Shown here in pieces: positions 51,907 to 64,000 of a DNA stretch of 64,000 bases (its first letter is position 1; every line of letters starts with the position of its first letter). The translations under genes were made by a program, and so were the position numbers. The stretch is from Felis catus (Eukaryota), in contig NC_058368.1 of NCBI RefSeq assembly GCF_018350175.1, positions 107,882,001-107,946,000 on the forward strand, written 5' to 3'. The notes beneath the pieces are model-generated. The model was not told where the DNA came from and did no database searches. It saw nothing but the letters and a program-made list of their open reading frames with translations.

Positions 51907-53264
51907 ATCCTGTATCTTTTCTAACCCTGGACACCAATTTTTATCTCTGTTATTTCTAGTTCCCCATATTGAACTTCCAGGGTAACTAAGTCCATTATCC
52001 ACATGGACTGTAGTGTTATATCTTCTCTCCTCCTTCCTACCCGTCCAACCTCACTGAGCTCTAGGTTTTGACCTTTTGTGTCTGTTACAGCATTGGCTGC
52101 CAAGACAGTACATGAAAGAGCTGAGCCCTGACCCAAGTCAAAAACACCAAATCCAGTGTTTTTGCTGACTTCCTATAATACTTTTATGAGTCAGCCGTAT
52201 GATTGCCACTGCTTTTTTACACACAAGTGTGATTTTGAGCAGACTTTGATTCACAGAGAAAGGTGAACAACTGTGCTTTCCTACGTGTTTTAAATTTCAC
52301 TTTATGCCATTACATTTTCACTCTTAGGCTGTCTTTTTATTCAAACTAATATTTTAAATGTGTGTGAAATCAAGTTGTGATCAGAGCCAAAGACTACATT
52401 CATTTAATCATTCATGTAGTTACTGATCACAATTTATATTTTGGTTTTAGATAATTTCCACAATGTATGCCTTTTTGAGGCTGTGTTGTATTCCATTGTA
52501 TAGATATGCATAATTAATTCCACACAGTCTCCTACTGTTGAATATTTAGGTTTCTTTTCTTTTTTAACTATAAAAAATTCTGTACTGGTATATCTATAGG
52601 ATAAATTCCTAGAACTAGAATTAGCTGGCCAGAGGGTATAAGCACTTGTATTTCTTTTTTTAGGGAATTGATTTTATTTTATTCTTAGATGGGATAAAAA
52701 TTCTTCTTTCATTCTTGTATGAGATAAAAATGTATGATATATATAATTAAAAGGAAAACAAAAAGAAAGAAACCAGTGAAAATATTACCAGATCTCCTTT
52801 TGATAAGCACCCACTGTTAGGGGCTCCTTATATATCCTTAACAGAGATACTCTATGCAAATACAAACGTATGCATATATTAGGAATTAGGAAGTTTCTCT
52901 TCACTGGGAATATTTATGGTTTCTTCTACGCTGTACTGAAGAGGGCCCAAAGGTTCTAGCTATTATGTCACTATTCATGTTAGGAACACACTTCTATATT
53001 GTTTCACTGTTCACTGTCTATCATATATCAGAATTACTGAACATCCTGTGTTTAAAACTTGTGATCCTACTAATTTTCATTTTATGTCTCCATTCACTCT
53101 GTAGGGAGGGATGGCCATGGATATAGGGAACCTACAGTGTTCTGATCCACACGTTTTTACAACATGATGCAACCTGAACTGATTGGTCTTTATGGTAGAG
53201 ACTACTATTTCACAAAGTCTGTTTCTGTCTTCTGTAATAAGAGAAGTTAAGCTGGACACATGAT

Positions 53265-53652
53265 TGTATAGATAGGAACTATATCACATAAGTTCTCTTC
53301 TGGTAGGTGTGATCATGTGACGAAGTTATCACTGACTGTATCAGAGTGTAAGTAGGGTGTATAAAGTACTGTAATTTTTACTCTGGATTTAGGTACATCC
53401 CTTCTCCTACAAGTGGGTACATAGATATGTTCTCAAGTTTTGAATATGCAGGATTGTCCGACAATCTGGATGGGCAAGAAGACAAAGGGAGTGCAGGTCC
53501 CTGAATGATTGCGTGAAGCACAGATGTCCCACCAACATCCTTGCTCGACTCAGAGGTGTTACATGAGAGAAAAAGAGATTTCTGCCTTCCTTAAGCCACT
53601 GTATTTGGTAGACCAGTTTATTATAGTGCTTATCGTGTACATTAACTGATAC
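53265..53652 (+). mobile_element. Old MaLR LTR (MLT1-like)
   Basis: 'ggtccctgaatgatt', 'gttacatgagagaaaa...ttaagccactgtatt...taactgataca'. Confidence 0.6.
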
Positions 53653-54002
53653 AGCTCCATACCTGGTTCTCAGCGGACCACTTGCAATTCCTCTGTCTTC
53701 TGTGCCTTGTAAACTGCTTTCTTAATCTGCTTCCCCATTTTGGTTGTGCACTAAATATTGTTTAGGAGATTGTTTCATTGCTTTTGTTGGTGCTTGTTTC
53801 AAAATATCTTTATTGATGGTGAGTTTAATTAGACATAGTAATCTAGTTGGGAAATAATTTCCCTTCAGAGTTTTGAAGTTAATTGTTCTATTTTCTTTGT
53901 TATTCCACAGATAGTTCATTTTGATTTATGATTTTTTTCTCTCTCTATGAAGAGTTTTAGGATCTTCTTTTTTTCCCAGTAAAGTTCTAAAGGTTGTATT
54001 TT

Positions 54003-55392
54003 TTTTTATATGAAATTTATTGACAAATTGGTTTCCATACAACACCCAGTGCTCATCCCAAAAGGTGCCCTCCTCAATACCCATCACCCACCCTCTCCTC
54101 CCTCCCACCCCCCATCAACCCTCAGTTTGTTCTCAGTTTTTAACAGTCTCTTATGCTTTGGCTCTCTCCCACTCTAACCTCTTTTTTTTTTTTTTTTCCT
54201 TCCCCTCCCCCATGGGTTCCTGTTAAGTTTCTCAGGATCCACATTAGAGTGAAACCATATGGTATCTGTCTTTCTCTGTATGGCTTATTTCACTTAGCAT
54301 CACACTCTCCAGTTCCATCCACGTTGCTACAAAAGGCCATATTTCATTTTTTCTCATTGCCACGTAGTACTCCATTGTGTATATAAACCACAATTTCTTT
54401 ATCCATTCATCAGTTGATGGGCATTTAGGCTCTTTCCATAATTTGGCTATTGTTGAGAGTGCTGCTATGAACATTGGGGTACAAGTGCCCCTATGCATCA
54501 GTACTCCTGTATCCCTTGGATAAATTCCTAGCAGTGCTATTGCTGGGTCATAGGGTAGGTCTATTTTTAATTTTCTGAGGAACCTCCACACTGCTTTCCA
54601 GAGCGGCTGCACCAATTTGCATTCCCACCAACAGTGCAAGAGGGTTCCCGTTTCTCCACATCCTCTCCAGCCTCTATAGTCTCCTGATTTGTTCATTTTG
54701 GCCACTCTGACTGGCGTGAGGTGATACCTGAGTGTGGTTTTGATTTGTATTTCCCTGATAAGGAGCGACGCTGAACATCTTTTCATGTGCCTGTTGGCCA
54801 TCCGGATGTCTTCTTTAGAGAAGTGTCTATTCATGTTTTCTGCCCATTTCTTCACTGGGTTATTTGTTTTTCGGGTGTGGAGTTTGGTGAGCTCTTTATA
54901 GATTTTGGATACTAGCCCTTTGTCCGATACGTCATTTGTGAATATCTTTTCCCATTCCGTTGGTTGCCTTTTAGTTTTATTGGTTGTTTCCTTTGCTGTG
55001 CAGAAGCTTTTTATCTTCATAAGGTCCCAGTAATTCACTTTTGCTTTTAATTCCCTTGCCTTTGGGGATGTGTCGAGTAAGAGATTGCTACGGCTGAGGT
55101 CAGAGAGGTCTTTTCCTGCTTTCTCCTCTAAGATTTTGATGGTTTCCTGTCTCACATTTAGGTCCTTTATCCATTTTGAGTTTATTTTTGTGAATGGTGT
55201 GAGAAAGTGGTCTAGTTTCAACCTTCTGCATGTTGCTGTCCAGTTCTCCCAGCCCCATTTGTTAAAGAGGCTGTCTTTTTTCCATTGGATGTTCTTTCCT
55301 GCTTTGTCAAAGATGAGTTGGCCATACGTTTGTGGGTCTAGTTCTGGGGTTTCTATTCTATTCCATTGGTCTATGTGTCTGTTTTTGTGCCA
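54003..55392 (-). mobile_element. Young 5'-truncated felid L1 (1.39 kb) inserted into a much older L1-like remnant (~53700-56800)
   Basis: perfect 15-bp TSD taaaggttgtatttt (53988-54002, 55393-55407); 3'UTR with G-rich tract and AATAAA. Confidence 0.98.
54244..55392 (-). pseudogene. L1 ORF2p C-terminal fragment (no endonuclease or RT core), frame open from the truncation point
   Basis: [14 protein letters not shown]...YGQLIFDK...[21 protein letters not shown]...KDRYHMVSL*. Confidence 0.95.
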
Positions 55393-58300
55393 TAAAGGTT
55401 GTATTTTAATGCGTATCTATTTTCATCTACTGTGTTTGGCTCACAGTGGGACCTTTCAATCTCCCCTTTAATCTTGGGATATTTCCTTGAATTATTTCAT
55501 GGATTATTTTCTTCTTTTTTCTCAGTACTTTCCTAATGAGCTGCTATTTTTTGGATATTGAACCTCCTACATTGCTCCTTTTTTTTCTTAACTTTACATC
55601 CTCCTTTTTCTCTCTTTGTCTTTTTGCTCTATTTTCTATGAGAAATTAATCTTCTAACCTGTATGTTGATATTTTTCGTTTCTGCCATCACTTTTTTATT
55701 GCTAAGAACTACTTTTCTGTTCTTTAACTATTTCTTTCTTATCATTTCCTGACCTGATCAGGGATGTCATGCCTTCTTTCATATTTAGGAAGATATCAAT
55801 AATAGTTGTTTTCCTTTTATTTTCTTCTTGCATTCAGACATTGTCTTCCAAGTCTTTTTTTTTTTTTTTGCTTTGTTCATTGTGATTATTTCTTTTAATT
55901 GCTGTCTTCCTGTTACAGACTTTCCTTAGATGTTTATGGATTCTTTCTTGTCTCCTTCTAGGGTAGGTTTAAAAACTGATGGAATGCTCTGAATATGGGA
56001 ATGAGGCTTGCAGATTTCACAGTAGGTTGGTCTTGGCAGACCATTAGCTGTGAAGCTCCATATGTCAGTATCTTTATATATTTCTTTCTGGGCTAATCAG
56101 GTGTCCCAAAGTAAAATCTCCCAGTCCCCAGCCTAGAGGGTGGAGATTTTTGCTGCCAGAGATCAGGGTATGGAGGAAGTAGGGAACAGGAGGGAGGGCT
56201 GGGATGGCGGGATGGTGGAGCTGGGCGGCGGATGACAGGATTGATGGACCCAAGGGTTCCAGCCTTCAGCACTCACCATTTATATTCCACATGAGTAGCC
56301 CTGGCTCACAACTTTGCTTAATATGACCAGCAGAGAGATCCTCCATTTAAAACTACTGTGAAGAATAATCTTTCATATTTCTATTGGGGTGGAAAGTGAG
56401 TGAGACTCAATGTTGTGGAGTCTGGGAGGGCATCTAAGGTTTTAAAAGATTCTAATCAACTTTTATCATGTTCTCTATATTTTATTCTTTCACTCACCCT
56501 TCACTCTCATTTCCGGAAATACCAGAAGTCCCTGGTGTTTCCAGCTTCTGAGCTTTTTGAGGATTCTTCATTGTAAGTCAGGCTGTTTCCAGCTATTCTC
56601 CTCTACAGGCTTAGGAGTTTGGTTGTATTAGATCTACTTAATCAGTGGTCATACGTTTATCTGGTTTTTAATTTAATAAATTAGTAGCTACTTTCTTCCC
56701 ATGTTTGAGAGAGTATATTTTTGTTGTTGTTATTTTGGTGTTTAATTTTTAAAGATCCCATTTGTTTCTACTTCAGGAAAGAATAAATTTTTGGATGTGT
56801 GTTTTCAGTCTGCTATTTTAACCTGGATCTCTGATTATTGCTTTTATTAGTCATTTACCTTTATCTTAGAATAGCAGAGAAGTTTTAAAATGACTTACAT
56901 TCCCTTGCATACATTCCTCTGTAAAGAGGAAAATGCAATTGTATTATGAAAGCTGATGGAGAGTATTAAGAACTACTTATATTCTTCCAAGGAATTAATT
57001 TAGACTGAGAAGAATGCTATGAACAGGGATGAAAAAAATCTTAACGAATCTCCAATAAGTCTCAGAATCTATTGTTTAATGTTCCATTTATTTAAAAGGA
57101 CATAACTTGTGCCAAACATGTTCTTGGGATAAGAAGGTAAATAAAACTATAAGCCTGACAGTAATCTGGCCAAGTACAGAAACTCATTTACAAAAAAAAA
57201 AAATGATGTCTTTTACATCTTTAACTTCTTTTAAGTTAATCAAAAGAATCAAAATTCAGGAAATGGGTTTGTTTGCAGGCAGTAGTTCTTCTACAGATGA
57301 CAACATGGTTATAAGCTCTAAAGATACTGAAAATTCTTTCTGTGTTCATTGCTAATGGGCTGGTATGCCAATGGGTACCCCAGTGAAAGAGGACCTGATC
57401 TATTTCTATTGCTTTTGTCTAAATTGTGTCTACGTTAGCATTGACCCCAAAGTGCTTCTTTTTTTTGATGCTATGTTGAGTTCACTGAATCACTGACTGA
57501 AGGAAATAAACTTTCCATATCCCCTTGTAGCTTTCAGATGAGAGGTTTCCATGGCATTCCGAGTTATCTGACTTTCTGAAACCCATTAAAATCCTGAGAG
57601 GTAGAGAAGCTGTATTGTTACCACTCAGGTCCAGTATAATCAGTTGTCCAGCTATGCATCAGCTCCAACAGCAGTCCTATCCCAACGCTTCTTGCTTTTG
57701 AGATACCTTTCTGAGGATCCGTCACATCTGCCAGGACAGAGAGGGAGAGTGACTGAACTAGATTCTAGTTTGCAAGCCAACTATCCCAGATAGAACAAGA
57801 TCATTTCTAACGGATGAGCTGGTAGGGCATCTGCATTTGCAGGGTGTTAGCTGTTGGCATATTTGAAGTAGGCTCTGGGGGCATATCTGTGCACAGAGAA
57901 ACCTAACATGGGGATCCATTTATAGGCTCATTCCAGGCTTGTGATGTATCAGCAAAGCATGGTTAATCAGGATGAAACTCTTTTTAAAGCTATAAAAGGG
58001 ATTCATGTGGTCGTTCAGGAGGAGCCACCAGAATATATACTGTGTCCTTTCCGTTCTCCTTTTCTGTGACTGTTTTTCCTGAAGATATGGCCACTTGGCC
58101 ACTGATGGGAGATAAAGGGCAGTTCAAAAGGACTGTTTGGCCTCTGGAGCCAAATACATTTTGATGGAGGATTTAGAATATATAGAGCACAGAGAGATTG
58201 ATTATGCCATTTGGAGACTTTTTTAACCCATATCTACCATAGTACTTTGTGCTTTAAAGTGTGTCAAGGTTATTTGTGACAAGTGGAGTTTATTTGTAAT

Positions 58301-58408
58301 CGTCTATGAACAATTTTGACTAATCCTAGGCTGATGACATTTAGAATGAAAAATAAAAGCAACCTATACCTTTCATCATAGTAACCTGCTCTTGATTGTC
58401 CAGGGTTA

Positions 58409-58617
58409 TTTTTTGTTTTTAACATTTATTTATTTTTGAGAGACAGAGAGAGACAGAACACATGCAGAGGAGGGACAGAAAGAGAGGGGACATAGAATCT
58501 GAAGCAGGCTCCAGGCTCTGAGCTGTCAGCACAGAGCCCAACGCGGGGCTGGAAACCACGAATTGTGAAATCATGACCGAGCCAAAATCAGACACAGTTG
58601 AGCCACCCAGGTGCCCC
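58409..58617 (-). mobile_element. CanSINE
   Basis: TSD ttgtccag(g/a)gtta. Confidence 0.95.
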
Positions 58618-59122
58618 AGTTGTCCAGAGTTAGTTAAAGAACCTCACTTTGTCTCTTGCTCAGATTGACTTTGCCCTCAGGCATCTTTTAAGGTTTTTAT
58701 GCACCCAGGAAGGCCTTGAGACAGCAGAGCTCTGTCTGACTGGCTTGTCTACACTGCCTCCCATCATCTTTTGTCTGGGCTTTTTCTCCCTTCTCTCATT
58801 TATCCCAACATTCCCATATGACTTTCATCTCTTCATCCCTGAGTTTCCAAAGAAATGACCTGTTAAATTAATGTTATTCATGATTAAAATGACACAAGCC
58901 ATCTTGTATTTCTTCTTAGTATCAGCATTCTAACAAAGAGTGAAGGAACACTTGTGGGATTTCAGATGTCCATGAAAAGTTGGAGGAGTAATCTGAGGTT
59001 AGATGGCTTGCAGTTATCTGGAAGTTTCTACACTATTCTTCCTTAGAAACATACTTATGTATCTGTTGGGTTACCTAAATGAACATGGTGAGAGAGTTAG
59101 TGACTTCATAAAAGTGCCTAAA

Positions 59123-59293
59123 GGGGCACCTGGGTGGCTCAGTCTGGTGAGCATCCAACTTTTGCTCAGGTCATGATCTCTTGCTAGGCTCCCTGCTGTC
59201 AGCCTGTCAGCATGGAGCCTGCTTCAGATCCTGCCTCCCTCTCTCTGCCCCTCCCCCATTTATACTCTCTCAAAAATAAATAAACATTTTTTT
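59123..59293 (+). mobile_element. CanSINE (internally deleted)
   Basis: TSD aaagtgcct. Confidence 0.92.
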
Positions 59294-60037
59294 AAAGTGC
59301 CTCAATATGAACTCCCCCCACCCTCCAGCATTTTCTGCCTTAAAGAACAACGCTAGATTTTGCAGACTAAATTAATTGATAGTAGAATATGTGAGTCAGG
59401 CAGCTGCACTTCAAATTAAATGAAAATCACAAGCCAATATATTGTTTTCACTCTGACACTCAGAACTCCTCTCCCTTTAGATTAATCACACAGCAATTCT
59501 GAGAAGCCAGAATTATATGGACAAAATACTGCTAATTAACCACTCATTTACAGAGATATAATCCATGTGAACTAATTTCCTAAAAAGCATGAGTGTTATC
59601 AGAACTTGAAGATGGTCTAGTACAGTAAGCCTTGGTTTGAAAAATGCTTAAGAACACAACTTGAAAACTCTCCATTGTACAGATAAGGTCATAGAGTCTC
59701 AGTGATGGAAAGAAATTTGTCTGAACTCATAAAATATGTTAGCAACAGAACTTGGATTAGATTCTCTTTCCCAGGCATTGTTCTTTCCATTGTACTGTGC
59801 TACCACTGCCATTTAGCAGCAAAGTCGTATGTACATTGCAGTTTAGTTCAATGTGAATTAGGTAGTAAATTTACACAAACTTGGAAAAGACGAGGAATCT
59901 TAGAATCATTACTTAAGTAGGTCATAAAGATTCAAAATATTAAAGCATTGGAAAATTCTATGTTCCCCAATATTTTATCTTGAATCATTTCAAACCTGTA
60001 GAAAGGTTGAAGGAATATTACAAAAACCACCTACATA

Positions 60038-60249
60038 GGGGCACCTAGGTGGCTCAATTGGTTAAGCATCCAACTTCAGCTCAGGTCATGATCTCACAGG
60101 TTCGTGAGTTTAAGCCCCGCGTTGGGCTCCGTGCTGACAGCTCAGAGCCTGGAGCCTGCTTCAGATTCTGTGTCTCCCTCTCTCTCTGCCCCTCCCTGCT
60201 TACACTCTGTCTCTCTCTCTCAAAAATAAATAAACATTAAAAAAAAAAA
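60038..60249 (+). mobile_element. CanSINE
   Basis: TSD cctacata. Confidence 0.96.
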
Positions 60250-60920
60250 CCCTACATACCATTCATTCAGATTTGCTGATTATTAACATTCTCTCATAAT
60301 TTGACACCACCACCACCAAATAGAGAATGTTATGTCACTTACTCTGCATCTGCTTTTTAAATGTCACTACTCTAATTTATAAATAATCTGTACAGGTTGT
60401 ATGAATACCTGTTCTTCAACAAATTTCCATTCAACGGTTTGAGCATTTATTAATGATGTTTTCCTGAATCAGTTATCCTGTAAGTAGTTGTAAAACTGTG
60501 ATTTTATCATTTATCATTTCTTACACATTTCTTAGCTTATTTTCTTCTGTCAAGAAGAGTTTTCCCTTCTTTCTAAGGACTCATAGGTTCTTTTTTATTC
60601 AACGTGTCATAACCTATTATCATTATATATATATGATTGTTAAGTGGGAGCTCCTACAAGAGAGTTACTGTGACCTTTGGCATTTATACATCATTTTTTG
60701 GCACTTCCTTAGTTTCTGGCACAAAACACTATTCTATACTTGCTTTGAACATTTCCTATTTCATATCTGGTATTACCTCTAAGGAGTCCTGATTCCTTCT
60801 GGTGAGGGATTTTAGTTAGAAACCCATATATACATAAATTTGCACATCTTTCTTATACAAGAGGTAGGAAAAAAATCTGATTTTTTTTCTTACATATTTT
60901 GCTTAAAAATGTATCCTAGC

Positions 60921-61131
60921 GGGGGCACCTGGGTGGCTCAGTCGGTTAGGTATCCGACCTTGGCTCAGGTCATGATTTCACTGTTTGCGAGTTCAAGCCC
61001 CGCATCGGGATCTATTCTGATCGCTCAGAGCCTGGAGCCTGCTTCAGATTCTGTCTTCCTTGCTCTCTGCCCCTGCTGTGTTCACACTCTGTCTCTCTCT
61101 CACAAAAATAAACTCAAAAAAAAAAAAAAAA
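60921..61131 (+). mobile_element. CanSINE
   Basis: TSD gtatcctagc. Confidence 0.96.
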
Positions 61132-61504
61132 CGTATCCTAGCAATTACTTCATATCTGTTCTTACAGGTATTTCTTCTTCTTTTATACAGCTGAATAATA
61201 TTCCTCGAACCATAATGTTTCTCCTATGTTTGGGTTTTTAGGTTGTTTACAATATTTTTCTGAGTTAAAATGAGCAACTATTTTATTTTAAAATGTCTAT
61301 CCTACTAAAAGTATTTTATAAAGATTCCTTTTAATCTTCTTGCTAGTAAGTACCACTAATATGTTTTTAGGACATTATCTCGTTTGCAAAGGCATTTGAC
61401 TGGGTCATTTTATTTTCTTCCCGAGAGGTCTCCAGTAAAAGAAGAATACAGTACAGGGCTGTTTTGTGTGTGTCTGAGTGTATATTCTCTCTTCCTCTCT
61501 CCAC

Positions 61505-61706
61505 ATGCATACACATACACACTACATATGTATGAATGTATATATACACACACAATACATATATATGTGTATATATGTTGTATATATATGTATATGTATG
61601 TATGTGTGTGTATATATATGCATATATATGTATATATATTTTGTATATATGTGTATATGTATATATGTATGTATGTGTGTATATATATATATACATATAC
61701 ATATGT
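61505..61706. repeat. Degenerate (TA)/(TG)/(CA) alternating purine-pyrimidine tract
   Basis: read directly; source of the spurious YIYI ORFs. Confidence 0.95.
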
Positions 61707-61749
61707 ATTTTTTAAAGCAGAACAAAGAAATATCAGTTCCCTGTCATTG

Positions 61750-63620
61750 AATGTTTCTATAAGGAATAAATGTTGAATTTTTTTAAAGGCCTATAAGCAT
61801 CTACTGAGCTAGTTATCTGATTTTTCTCCTTAGATCTCTTAATATAATTTATTGTACTAATGGATTCCTATTATTAAACCATCTTTGCATTCTTGAAATA
61901 AATCCTATCTATTTATTATGCATTATTATTTATCTAAATGTACTATTATGTTTGCTGTTACTCTACTTTAGCATTTTTGCTTTGATATTCATAGGTAAAA
62001 TTGAGCTCAGTATGTGTGTATACATGTGTGTGAAAGAGAGAGATCCTGAGTTTAGGATCCTAAGTTTAGTTATTAATGTTATACTTGTTCCATAAAAGAA
62101 GTTTGGGAATTTTCCTTCACTTTCTATCCTCTGGAACAACATTTAATATATCTGTTTTTTAGAAACTTGGTGGCATTTCCCTACAAAATCTTTTGGGCCT
62201 TGGCCTTTTTTTTGTTGAGTAGAAGTCTGATACCTTTATTTATTCTGTGGAAACTGATTTACTCAAACTTTCTGTCTTGACTGGAATCAATTTTGGTAAA
62301 TTGTGTTTTCCTAAATAATTATCAATGATTTTATATAGATACTGACATTTTTACATTAATCATATAGTCTCTTTATTGTAATTTCTTCTGTTTCGCTGGT
62401 CAGTTCTTCCTTATTATTTAAGTAAGTTTATGAATTTGTGGCTTTCAGTTCATTCCATGTATTCTGGTACTATATTTACATTTTCATTACTCCTTAAGAA
62501 ACACAGGACTTAAGAGTTCATTTTCCTCTTTCACTCAAGAATTATTTCACACACAGTTTCTTTTTATAAATATTCAGGATCCTTCTGATTTTGTTATTAA
62601 TATTTGGTTCTATTGTATTGTCCTCAAAGAATTTTTTCTGTTATTTCTATTTTATGGAACTTGCCTAGGCTGTCTTTACAGCTTGGTATTTGATCAGTAG
62701 TTGTGCAAGTTATATTTGTGTTGGAGAAGGAATATTCTCTATTTGGGAGTGATAGAGTACAATACATATTTTAATATTTACCTTATTGGTCCTGTTGTAT
62801 AGGTCTTCTATATTCCTATTTGTTTTTTGTCCGCTTGATCTCTTTTGGATTAAGATTGTTATGACGGTGTTTCCCGTTATTAATGGGTTTCTCTCTTTTC
62901 CCCTTTCCTTCCTTATGATTTTTGTTTTGTGAAAGTGATTGCTGTTTCTGGTACATAGAGTTTCATTAGTACTGTATCTTCTCTGTGAATTGTGGCTTTT
63001 AACATGTCAAAAGAAAACTCAGAGCTCTACTTGATGTGAATATTTCATTGAGTGAGGAATAAACTGTTGAAGAATTGGGAGACTTGAAACCCGAAAGAGG
63101 TGTGAAGCTCAAAGGGCATGTCCTTGCAGGAGAGCTTCTAAAGTGAGCAAGGGTGAGTTGTTTTTAGAGATTGGTTCTTACAATGGGTATTTCCAGATAG
63201 TGGGGCATTGGTTAAAAGTGATTTTCTTGTATCATTTTAGGAAGGTGACTTAAGTTTCATTCGTGATTATCGAGGTATTTACAAGAAATAACCTGAGTTA
63301 AATTTTGCTCACGTTCATGAAATAAGCTAGATTAAGTTTTGCATATGTGGCTAAACTAGTCTTGTTTGTTTGCAGGATCGTCAAGCCTGGTTTCCATTTT
63401 ATTTTAGCAAGTACTATAAGCTGTATTTGTTTTTACATTCAGTGCCTTTTTATATGAATTGTAGTCTGCTGAATATCAGGAAACAACTCCTTGTTTTCTT
63501 ATTGTCTTCATTTGTCTGTTATGCCTTTGCTCATCCCTTTACATTTAGTCTTTCTGAATTACTTTATATCTCCTACGTACAACATTGGATTTTGCTCTGC
63601 AAAAAAATCCACATTTTATT
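61750..63620 (-). mobile_element. Very old L1M ORF2-region remnant
   Basis: antisense L1-like phrases ('aaccatctttgcattcttgaaataaatcc', 'tttctatcctctggaaca'). Confidence 0.55.
63005..63409 (-). mobile_element. Probable solo LTR inserted in the old L1
   Basis: TG...CA bounds with an abrupt composition change; minus start 'tgctaaaataaaatggaaaccaggc' resembles ERV1 LTRs; TSD not clean. Confidence 0.5.
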
Positions 63621-64000
63621 AAATAGATATCTAAGCTATTGTTATTTTGTCTTAAGGCAATGGGGTGTAAGAATTTACAGGAGGCAAAGGATTATCCATT
63701 ATATGCAGTAGGAAGAACACTGTGTTTTACCACATTGCACAGTTTCTATCCCTAGACAGATGTTCTGTAGTTGGTTTTAATTGAATCATTTTAAGGGCAG
63801 GGCAAATTTTAAGTCTGTATTTTTCAGGAAAATCAGCACTGAAACCAGTGTAAAAAAAGGCTTTGGAACATGTTTCTCTAACTTTTATAAAGAATGTATG
63901 AAGAGCTTAGGATAAGGGTGGGTCTCAAAGGATATAAAGTGCATAAAATGCAGGAGATGAGGCTCTCCTTCCATGTTCTGTATTTACTATCAGCAAATAT

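Noticed and set aside
61367..61776. Tyr/Ile/His-rich ORFs
   Set aside because: Translations of the TA/CA dinucleotide tract.

Overview
Mammalian genomic DNA, almost certainly from a felid: the SINEs are tRNA-derived CanSINE/SINEC_Fc type and the L1s are carnivore type. The window is AT-rich and repeat-dense, consistent with intergenic or deep-intronic sequence. I find no host protein-coding gene I can recognise. The only ORFs with recognisable products are LINE-1 ORF2 fragments; the rest of the ORF track is SINE, microsatellite or chance ORFs. Content: about 36 CanSINEs; three carnivore L1 3' insertions (one young with an almost intact ORF2 C-terminus, one with a twin-priming 5' inversion); older L1M remnants; several solo LTRs; a Tigger-type MITE; MER5/hAT and MIR relics; and several microsatellites. 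The most unusual structure not explained by transposition is a ~98% identical inverted duplication of ~370 bp (15776-16157 vs 20739-21101) enclosing 4.6 kb, which may mark a micro-inversion. There is also a well-formed CTCF site with an upstream motif and a weak candidate minus-strand spliced transcript. I do not see evidence for a new multi-gene biological system. Repeat family names are assigned by eye from remembered consensus sequences and need Dfam/RepeatMasker confirmation.
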